Made by a program: the position numbers and the translations under genes. The notes below the pieces were generated by a model. It was not told the origin of the DNA and did not search any database. It worked only from the letters and a program-made list of their open reading frames with translations. A DNA stretch of 37,222 bases, taken from assembly GCA_013696015.1 (NCBI GenBank), contig JACCZI010000133.1, positions 1-37,222 of the forward strand, in the 5' to 3' direction. The DNA is from Nocardioidaceae bacterium (GTDB lineage: Bacteria > Actinomycetota > Actinomycetes > Propionibacteriales > Nocardioidaceae). Every line of letters starts with the position of its first letter. Positions within the stretch are counted from its first letter, which is position 1. This document shows positions 19,209-26,420 of the stretch, piece after piece.

Positions 19209-21435
19209 CCTTTCGGTCGTTGTCCTCAAGCTGCGGCCCTATGCGCTGCACGCCGGCACGATTGGAATCGCCCGCAGTGTGGGGCGTCTAGGCGTCGACG
19301 TGCACGTGCTGGGTGATCGGAAATCTGCTGCGGTTGCGCGCTCTCGCTATGTGCGGTCGGTGACCGAGTTGCCCTCACCCAAGGGGTCACCCGAGCAGCT
19401 CGCACAGTGGATCCGGCAGCAGGCGCCGGCGGGTCGTCCGCTCCTCGTGCCCGTCGACGACCTCGGCGCGACATTCGTCCAGCAGCACGCGGACACCTTG
19501 CACGAGGCGTACCGATTTGCGAGGCTGCCCGCCGGGCTCGCAGCGGGGCTGGTGGATAAAGCGACCCTGGCCGACCTCGCACAGTCGGCCGAGGTGCCGT
19601 CGCCAACGCACCTGGTGCCTACAACTCTCGAGCATGTGGACGACTTTCTTGTCGACGCCACGTTTCCGGTCGTCGTGAAGATGCGCAATCCAGACCTCTT
19701 CGACGCGGCGCGAGGTGTCCGGAGTGTCGAGATCGCCGACGATGCCGCCACGGTTCGGGAGCTGTGCCTGCGGCACATGGTTGATGGCAGTCCGAACTGC
19801 CTCCTGCAGGAATACATCCCGGGCGGGCCCGAAACCGTCTGGATGGTGAACGCGTACGTCGACGCCACCTCAGAGCTACGCTTCGCCGCTAGTGGGCGCA
19901 AACTGCGACAGCGTCCCCCCTATATCGGGGCAACGTCACTCGGCATTTGCGAGCGGAATGTCGCGGTCATGGAACAGACTGCACGGTTGGTGCGACACAT
20001 CGGCTATCGAGGGATCCTCGACATCGGATGGCGCTTCGACGCCCGCGACGGCCGCTACAAGCTCCTGGACTTCAACCCCCGCATCGGTGCGACGTTCCGC
20101 CTGTTCGTCGGTCGTTCTGGAATGGACGTCCTGCGTGCTTGCTACCTACACATGAGCGCGCAGGCCCTGGCCGTGGATCAGGTGCCCGACGGCCGCACCT
20201 GGATCAACGAGCTGAACGACCTGTCCTCGGTCGGCACGTACCTGCGAGAGCGTGACCTGACCCGGCGTGAGTACCTCCGCTCACTTCGAGGCGTCGGGGA
20301 GCCGGTTTGGCTCGCTCGCGACGACCTGGCTCCAGCGCTATCCATTCTGTGGATGGCGGGTCGCAGGGCTCTGCGGTCGCCGGGGCAGCCGAGTGGGAGC
20401 GCCGCGGCCGCGGTTGACGGCGAGCCGGCACGAGCTAGTGGGTGCCGACGCAGGGAGCGGCGCGCGGATGCGATGAGGCTGCCCAACCTGCTGATCATCG
20501 GCGTCAGCAAAGCTGGCACCACCTCCCTGTTCACCTACCTGAGCCAGCACCCCGAGGTCTGCCCGGGAGCGGTCAAGGAGGTGCGGTACTTCAACCCGCT
20601 CAGGCAGGGGGAGCCGCTGGAGCCGGTGGACACCTACGCCGCCAACTTCGTCGGGTGCGAGGAGGTCAGGTACGCGGTCGAGGCCACCCCGAGCTACTTC
20701 TGGGGGGGTCAGGTGATGGCTGCGGGCATTGACGAGGTTCTCGGGCCGGATGTGCGGATCGTCCTCTGTCTGCGCAATCCGGTGGAGCGGTGCTGGTCGT
20801 GGTACCGGTTCAGCAGGAGCCGCACCAGGGTGCCCAAGTCGATGACGTTCGAGGAGTACCTGGACCGCAGCGAGGAGCTGTGGCTGTCAGGGGCGGTACC
20901 GTCGATCGAGAAGCAGCCTTACTGGGGACTGGGCGGCGGTTGCTACGACGACTTTCTCGACCCGTGGGTGTCTCGATACGGCGACCGGTTGCAGGTGATC
21001 TTCTTTGACGATTTGGTAGCCGACGCGCATGGCACCCTCCGGACGGTGTGTGAGTGGCTGGGGCTGGACCCGGCACCGCTGGCCCAGGTTAACTATCGCG
21101 CGGAAAACCGCACCGAGAACGTCTACCGCTTCCGTTGGCTGCGCCAACATGCGATGGCGACGAACCGACGTAGCGAGCGGTTCTTTCGTCAGCATTGGCG
21201 GCTGAAGCGGTTCCTGCGACGGACCTACTACGCGGTCGACCGGTCGCGCCGAGACGAGCTCATGACCCCAGAGGCCCTGGCGCGGATGGTCGAATTCTAC
21301 CGGCCACACCTGCAACGCCTGGACGCCCAGCTGATCCGGCTCGGCCTGCAGTTGCCGGAGGCTTGGCGCAACCCCAGCACAGCGCCGAACGTACCGCCAC
21401 GGGTGACTGCGACAAGGTTGTCCCGGGGGTCTTGA
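19177..21435 (+). CDS. fusion protein: N-terminal ATP-grasp carboxylate ligase (COG3919-like) plus C-terminal PAPS-type sulfotransferase
   Basis: The N-terminal half resembles ATP-grasp enzymes (VVVLKLRPYALHAGTIGIARSVGRLGVDVHV ... FPVVVKMRNP ... LLQEYIPGGPETVWMVNAYV ... GILDIGWRFDARDGRYKLLDFNPRIG). A low-complexity linker follows. The C-terminal domain has a 5'-PSB loop (LLIIGVSKAGTTSL) and a 3'-PB motif (LCLRNPVERCWSWY). There is no stop between the two domains. Start is ATG 19177 or 19198, overlapping the comB 3' end. Confidence 0.75.
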   Translation: MTGVGLPMRTDLSVVVLKLRPYALHAGTIGIARSVGRLGVDVHVLGDRKSAAVARSRYVRSVTELPSPKGSPEQLAQWIRQQAPAGRPLLVPVDDLGATFVQQHADTLHEAYRFARLPAGLAAGLVDKATLADLAQSAEVPSPTHLVPTTLEHVDDFLVDATFPVVVKMRNPDLFDAARGVRSVEIADDAATVRELCLRHMVDGSPNCLLQEYIPGGPETVWMVNAYVDATSELRFAASGRKLRQRPPYIGATSLGICERNVAVMEQTARLVRHIGYRGILDIGWRFDARDGRYKLLDFNPRIGATFRLFVGRSGMDVLRACYLHMSAQALAVDQVPDGRTWINELNDLSSVGTYLRERDLTRREYLRSLRGVGEPVWLARDDLAPALSILWMAGRRALRSPGQPSGSAAAAVDGEPARASGCRRRERRADAMRLPNLLIIGVSKAGTTSLFTYLSQHPEVCPGAVKEVRYFNPLRQGEPLEPVDTYAANFVGCEEVRYAVEATPSYFWGGQVMAAGIDEVLGPDVRIVLCLRNPVERCWSWYRFSRSRTRVPKSMTFEEYLDRSEELWLSGAVPSIEKQPYWGLGGGCYDDFLDPWVSRYGDRLQVIFFDDLVADAHGTLRTVCEWLGLDPAPLAQVNYRAENRTENVYRFRWLRQHAMATNRRSERFFRQHWRLKRFLRRTYYAVDRSRRDELMTPEALARMVEFYRPHLQRLDAQLIRLGLQLPEAWRNPSTAPNVPPRVTATRLSRGS

Positions 21436-21497
21436 CGTCCGAGCTTTTGTCGAGCGCCGGTGGTGACGGAACGATTGTGCGATCGCGTCGAAGGAGG

Positions 21498-22259
21498 CTA
21501 GCGACGAGCCAATACGATGTAGTGGCTGCCGAGGCGGGACAACCACGGGTCTCTCGTTTCCGCGAGGCGGCTTAGCGCGGCATCGATGCGCAGCGCGACC
21601 GACTCTGGACCGACCGGACGGGCCAAGAAGGTCGGCGGCCCGAACCCGACACTCGTGGTCCTCAGCACCTGCAGACCGGCCGACTCGACGGTCGCCCGAG
21701 CCGCTCGAGGACTCACGAGGCGGTTCCCTCCACCTTTTCGGCCCAAGATGGTGCCCACCTTGCGTCGTAGCGGTTGCGCAACCGGTGTGAGTTTGGGGTC
21801 AAGCCACCGGAAGAGCCGGAAGGAGTTGTCGAAGCTGACCAGGACCCAACCACCCATGCGGGTCACTCGAGCCAGCTCGGCCATCACCGACGGCATCGAG
21901 CGGGCCCAGGGGAGAAGGCCAAGCGCAACCACCAGGTGGAAGGCGCCGCTGGCAAAGGGGAGGTGGTGGGCGTCGGCGCGGATGACCGCCTCGTTGAGTG
22001 CTGCCGCGTCTATGCGATCTCGGGTCATTCGGGTCATCTCATTGCTGACGTCCGAGGCAACGACCTGGGCGCCGCGCCGTGCTAGCGCAAGGGTCAGATC
22101 CCCGGCGCCGCACCCGACATCTAAGGCAGCGAACGCAGGGGAAGCTCTATGTCGTCGATTAAGCGCACGCTCGTGGACAGCCGCCGGCGATAGATCTCCG
22201 CGTCCAGGCCGGTCGAACCGTAGATGTCCTGCCAATAACTGGCGCGGCTTGTGAACCAT
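21498..22259 (-). CDS. class I SAM-dependent methyltransferase (Methyltransf_11-like); the 5' end is probably disrupted by a frameshift and the gene likely begins at 22324 in another frame
   Basis: ALDVGCGAGDLTLALARRGAQVVASDVSNEM (motif I and the post-I acidic residue) and FASGAFHLVVALGLL. See the frameshift finding. Confidence 0.7.
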   Translation of the reverse strand: MVHKPRQLLAGHLRFDRPGRGDLSPAAVHERALNRRHRASPAFAALDVGCGAGDLTLALARRGAQVVASDVSNEMTRMTRDRIDAAALNEAVIRADAHHLPFASGAFHLVVALGLLPWARSMPSVMAELARVTRMGGWVLVSFDNSFRLFRWLDPKLTPVAQPLRRKVGTILGRKGGGNRLVSPRAARATVESAGLQVLRTTSVGFGPPTFLARPVGPESVALRIDAALSRLAETRDPWLSRLGSHYIVLARR

Positions 22260-22362
22260 GCCGGACCGGCCGATTTTCCGGTGGTATCGGTCGACGTGCG
22301 CTGGTTCTCACTCGGGTCAGTCATCTCTTTCCCATTCCCACCGCGGTCGCTGCGCGTGGGAG

Positions 22363-23352
22363 TCAGCGAGCAGGACCGCTCGGCATCCGTTTGCCGGCCA
22401 GGCGGTCGGGCACCGGCCACCGGACGTCGCTGACCCAGCCCAGCTTCTCCAGTGCCCAGATGACGCGGGCGGAGGTGTCGAGCTGGCCTCGCATGACACC
22501 GTGCCTGGCACAGGTCGGGTCGGCATGGTGCAGGTTGTGCCATGACTCGCCCATTGACGGGATTGCCAACCACCACACATTTCCGGACCGGTCCCGGCTG
22601 CGGAAGGGCTGTTGGCCGACGGCGTGACAGATGGAGTTGATGGCCCAGGTCACGTGGTGCAGCAACGCCACCCGTACCAGAGAGCCCCAGAAGAACGCGG
22701 TCAGCGCGCCATACCACGACATCGACCACAGCCCTCCGACGACCGGTGGCAGCAGCAGCGACACCGCCGCCAGCAATGGAAACGCGCGCGAGACGCGGAC
22801 GATGTCGCGGTCCTTGAGCAGGTCCGGCGCGTACTGGCGCTGCGGGGTCTGCTCGGCGTCGAACAGCCAGCCGATGTGCGCGAACGCCAGCCCCTTCATC
22901 AACGCCGGGATCGACTCGCCGTAGCGCCACGGCGAGTGCGGGTCGCCGTCGCGGTCCGAAAACTTGTGGTGCTTGCGGTGGTCAGCGACCCAACGGATCA
23001 CAGGACCCTGAATGGCCAGGCTGCCGGCGACCGCGAGCGCGACGCGGACGCCGCGGTTGGGCTTGAACGACTTGTGCGTGAAGAGCCGGTGAAAGCCGAC
23101 CGTGATGCCGTGGCCGCTGAGCGCGTACATCGCGAACGCGATGACCACGTCGTGCCACCCGAGCCAGCCGCCCCATGCGATCGGCACTGCCGCCACCAGC
23201 GCCAGGAACGGCACCACGATCAGCAGGGTGAGCGTGATCCGTTCCGCACGACTCTGCACCAAGCCGCCGAGCGTTCCCCCCTCGTCGTCGTACTCCTGGC
23301 CGCGGGGTGCGCCTGCCACGGGGGTCTGGGCGTCAAGGGTGGGAGCGGTCAT
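22363..23352 (-). CDS. membrane acyl-CoA/acyl-lipid fatty-acid desaturase (DesA3/stearoyl-CoA desaturase-like)
   Basis: Three His boxes are present: HRLFTH, HRKHHKFSD and HNLHHAD. TM segments are visible. Start is set at ATG 23352, preceded by GAAAGGA; the track ORF extension to 23688 was rejected. Confidence 0.9.
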   Translation of the reverse strand: MTAPTLDAQTPVAGAPRGQEYDDEGGTLGGLVQSRAERITLTLLIVVPFLALVAAVPIAWGGWLGWHDVVIAFAMYALSGHGITVGFHRLFTHKSFKPNRGVRVALAVAGSLAIQGPVIRWVADHRKHHKFSDRDGDPHSPWRYGESIPALMKGLAFAHIGWLFDAEQTPQRQYAPDLLKDRDIVRVSRAFPLLAAVSLLLPPVVGGLWSMSWYGALTAFFWGSLVRVALLHHVTWAINSICHAVGQQPFRSRDRSGNVWWLAIPSMGESWHNLHHADPTCARHGVMRGQLDTSARVIWALEKLGWVSDVRWPVPDRLAGKRMPSGPAR

Positions 23353-23432
23353 CGGCGGTCCTTTCGGACGGTGGGCGCCGGGGCCGGCACCTACGCCACC
23401 GTAACCTACGGTGCCGTAGCCGTGCCACGCAC

Positions 23433-23464
23433 ACCAACCCCTCTCACCATCCGAGACTTCTGAC
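23433..23464 (-). repeat. copy C of the dispersed repeat (minus-strand reading GTCAGAAGTCTCGGATGGTGAGAGGGGTTGGT)
   Basis: Read directly as the reverse complement of 23433-23464. Confidence 0.7.
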
Positions 23465-23500
23465 GCGGAGGTCTCTTGCTCCGAGGCGTATGCCACGAAC

Positions 23501-23530
23501 CACCCCTTCCCACGATCCGAGACTTCTGAC
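23501..23530 (-). repeat. copy B of the dispersed repeat (minus-strand reading GTCAGAAGTCTCGGATCGTGGGAAGGGGTG)
   Basis: Read directly as the reverse complement of 23501-23530. Inverted relative to copy D. Confidence 0.7.
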
Positions 23531-23553
23531 CGGGGCCTTTTGGCGCCCGAGGC

Positions 23554-23584
23554 GTCATAGGTCTCGGATCGTCGCGGGGTTGTG
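23554..23584 (+). repeat. copy D of the dispersed repeat (GTCATAGGTCTCGGATCGTCGCGGGGTTGTG)
   Basis: Read directly. Pairs with copy B to form a long imperfect hairpin at 23512-23572. Confidence 0.7.
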
Positions 23585-23654
23585 CACCGGCGGCGGTTGC
23601 TGCACGGGCGGGATCGTCCACCGGGGGGCGTGTCGCCGTACGCTGATCTCGCAA

Positions 23655-23733
23655 TCCCCGGTTGGTCTGTCGGCAGGGCCCGCCGCACTTTGAATGCGGA
23701 CTAGCGACGTAGGTTCGACTCCTACCCGGGGAG
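23655..23733 (+). tRNA. tRNA-Gln (anticodon TTG)-like gene with non-canonical dimensions
   Basis: Manual fold. The acceptor is a perfect 7 bp (TCCCCGG/CCGGGGA). The anticodon arm is CCGCA-CTTTGAA-TGCGG (U33, UUG, A37) and the T arm is GTAGG-TTCGACT-CCTAC. However, there are 2 nt between the D and anticodon stems and a 9-nt variable loop (ACTAGCGAC), giving 79 nt in total. It lies 45 nt upstream of glmU, where I recall actinobacteria carry tRNA-Gln. Confidence 0.55.
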
Positions 23734-23777
23734 CGGCGTTCGGAGCCAAGGTCCGCCCTCCCGTCAGGAGCCGTGCA

Positions 23778-25262
23778 GTGACATCGAGTACGCCGCTGAC
23801 CGCAATCGTCCTCGCGGCAGGGGCCGGCACCCGAATGCGATCCACTCGGGCCAAGGTGCTCCACGAGATCGGCGGCCGCAGCCTGCTCGGCCACGCCGTC
23901 GTCGCCGTCACGCCGCTGCAACCGCAGCGCCTGGTCGTCGTTATCGGTTATCAGGCCGACCAGGTGGGCCCGCACGCGCTGGCGCTGGACCCGCACGTGG
24001 AGGTGGTCATACAGCACGAGCAGCGGGGGACGGGGCACGCCGTACGGGTCGCCCTCGAGGCCGTCGCGGACACCAATGGGACGGTCCTGGTCAGCTATGG
24101 CGATGTGCCCCTGCTCCAGGCCGCCACAGTGCGCCGGCTGCTCGAGCAGCATGCTGCCGCGGGAGACGCCGCCACGCTGATCACCGCCGAGCTGGCGGAT
24201 CCGAGCGGGTACGGCCGGATCGTCCGCGATGCGACGGGAGCACTCGAGGCGATCGTGGAGCACCACGACGCCACCGAGGCCCAGCGCGGTATCACCGAGG
24301 TCAACTCGGGCATCTTCGCGTTCGACGAGGGTTTCCTGCGGGCTGCCCTGGCGCAGCTGACCACCGACAATGCGCAGGGCGAGCTCTACCTCACGGATAT
24401 GGTCGCCGTCGCGCGCCGCGATGGCGCCCGCGTCGGTGCGCTGTTGGTCGACGACGTCGCGCAGACCGAGGGGGTCAACGACCGAGCGCAGTTGGCCCGG
24501 CTCGGTGCAGAGCTCAACCGGCGGCTGCTTGCGCGTTGGATGCTCGCCGGCGTGACCATCGTGGACCCCGCGACGACATGGCTGGACGTCAACGTCTCGT
24601 TGGCACCGGATGTCACGCTGCTGCCGGGCGTGCAGCTGCACGGCATCACCACCGTGGCGCCCGGCGCGGTCATCGGTCCGGACACCACGCTGGTCGATGT
24701 CTGCGTGGGAGCCGGCGCGGATGTGGTCCGTACGCACGGCAGCGGAGCGGTGATCGGCGAGCGGGCCAGCGTCGGCCCGTTCGCCTATCTGCGCCCCGGG
24801 ACCCGGCTCGACGCCGGGGCCAAGATCGGCACCTTCGTCGAGGCCAAGAACGCCGAGCTCGGTCCGGGTGCCAAGGTGCCGCACCTGTCGTACGTCGGTG
24901 ATGCCAGCGTGGGGGAGGGGTCGAACATCGGCGCCGGAACGATCTTCGCCAACTACGACGGGGTGGCCAAGCACCGCACCAAGGTTGGGCGGCACTGCCG
25001 TACCGGCTCGGACAACGTGTTCGTCGCCCCGGTCGAGATCGGCGACGGCGCAGCGACCGGGGCGGGCACGATCGTCCGCCGCGACGTTCCCCCCGGCGCG
25101 CTGGCGGTGTCGACGGGGCCGCAGCGTCACATCGAGGGCTGGGTCGCTCAGAAACGCGCCGGATCGGCCGCGGCCCAGGCAGCCGCGGCGGCGACGCATG
25201 ACGAGGGACCGGTCGGGCACACTGGAACCGCAGGCCCGGACGGCGAGGGGACTTCCCAGTGA
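23778..25262 (+). CDS. glmU: bifunctional UDP-N-acetylglucosamine pyrophosphorylase / glucosamine-1-phosphate N-acetyltransferase
   Basis: From GTG 23778, with AGGAG 7 nt upstream: AIVLAAGAGTRMRS, YGDVPLL, NSGIFAF, and C-terminal left-handed beta-helix hexapeptide repeats (VGEGSNIGAGTIFANYDG). Confidence 0.95.
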   Translation: MTSSTPLTAIVLAAGAGTRMRSTRAKVLHEIGGRSLLGHAVVAVTPLQPQRLVVVIGYQADQVGPHALALDPHVEVVIQHEQRGTGHAVRVALEAVADTNGTVLVSYGDVPLLQAATVRRLLEQHAAAGDAATLITAELADPSGYGRIVRDATGALEAIVEHHDATEAQRGITEVNSGIFAFDEGFLRAALAQLTTDNAQGELYLTDMVAVARRDGARVGALLVDDVAQTEGVNDRAQLARLGAELNRRLLARWMLAGVTIVDPATTWLDVNVSLAPDVTLLPGVQLHGITTVAPGAVIGPDTTLVDVCVGAGADVVRTHGSGAVIGERASVGPFAYLRPGTRLDAGAKIGTFVEAKNAELGPGAKVPHLSYVGDASVGEGSNIGAGTIFANYDGVAKHRTKVGRHCRTGSDNVFVAPVEIGDGAATGAGTIVRRDVPPGALAVSTGPQRHIEGWVAQKRAGSAAAQAAAAATHDEGPVGHTGTAGPDGEGTSQ

Positions 25263-26236
25263 CCGGCATGAAACGCGCCACAGTCAAGAACCTGATGCTC
25301 TTCTCCGGCCGCGCCCACTGCCAGCTCGCGCAGGAGGTCGCCGACCTGCTCGGCACCGGGCTGGTGCCCACCACAGCCCGCGACTTCGCCAACGGTGAGA
25401 TCTATGTTCGGTTCACCGAATCCGTACGCGGCTGCGACGCGTTCGTCATGCAAAGCCACACCGCGCCGATCAACCAGTGGATCATGGAGCAGCTGATCAT
25501 GGTCGACGCGCTGAAGCGGGCGTCGGCCAAACGGATCACGGTGGTGACGCCCTTCTACGGCTACGCCCGCCAGGACAAGAAGCACAAGGGCCGCGAGCCA
25601 ATCTCGGCGCGCCTGGTTGCCGACATGTTCAAGACCGCCGGCGCCGACCGGCTGATGGCGGTCGACCTGCACAGCGGCCAGATCCAGGGGTTCTTCGACG
25701 GCCCCGTCGACCACCTCTTCGCGCTTCCGGTCCTTGCCGAGTACGTGACCAGCAAGTACGACGCGGCGCAGATGACCGTGGTGTCGCCGGACGCCGGCCG
25801 GGTCAGGGTCGCCGACCTGTGGACCGATCGGCTCGGGTGCCCGCTGGCGATCATCCACAAGCGGCGCGACCCGAACCAGGTCGACCAGGTCACGGTCCAG
25901 GAGGTCATAGGCGAGGTCAGAGGCCGGGTGTGCCTGCTGATCGACGACATGATCGACACCGCCGGCACGATAACCAAGGCGGCCGAGGCCCTGATGGGGG
26001 CTGGTGCGGCGGGTGTTGTGGGTGCCGCCACTCATGCGGTGCTGTCCGGGCCGGCAGTTGACCGGCTCAAGAACTCGCCGATCTCGGAGATCATCGTCAC
26101 CAACACGTTGCCCCTGTCCGACGAGCTGCGCTTTGACAAGATCACCGAGCTGTCGATCGCTCCGCTGATTAGCCGGGCCATCCGCGAGGTGTTCGAGGAG
26201 GGCTCGGTCACCAGCCTCTTCAACGGTGAGGCCTGA
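25259..26236 (+). CDS. prs: ribose-phosphate diphosphokinase
   Basis: YARQDKK, DLHSGQIQGFFD, VSPDAGRVRVA, LLIDDMIDTAGTI. The GTG overlaps the glmU stop; ATG 25268 is an alternative start. Confidence 0.95.
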   Translation: MTGMKRATVKNLMLFSGRAHCQLAQEVADLLGTGLVPTTARDFANGEIYVRFTESVRGCDAFVMQSHTAPINQWIMEQLIMVDALKRASAKRITVVTPFYGYARQDKKHKGREPISARLVADMFKTAGADRLMAVDLHSGQIQGFFDGPVDHLFALPVLAEYVTSKYDAAQMTVVSPDAGRVRVADLWTDRLGCPLAIIHKRRDPNQVDQVTVQEVIGEVRGRVCLLIDDMIDTAGTITKAAEALMGAGAAGVVGAATHAVLSGPAVDRLKNSPISEIIVTNTLPLSDELRFDKITELSIAPLISRAIREVFEEGSVTSLFNGEA

Positions 26237-26420
26237 CGACACCACCTCCCATGGGGTGTTTGTGCGCCACTCGCCGGGTCGGCCACCGGGAGCACATGCG
26301 GTGGGCAGCACACGGTTCCGTCCTAACGGCACTCGACGGCTAGACTGCTGCGGTCGTCGTCTCGGCGAGGCCGTCAGCCGGGGAACACCATCGAGCACCG
26401 CACCGAGGAGAGCCGCTGTC

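Noticed and set aside
23353-23688. Upstream extension of the desaturase ORF to 23688
   Set aside because: It would run through the repeat/hairpin region and into the tRNA-Gln-like gene. ATG 23352 has a good GAAAGGA ribosome-binding site and gives a normal-length desaturase.
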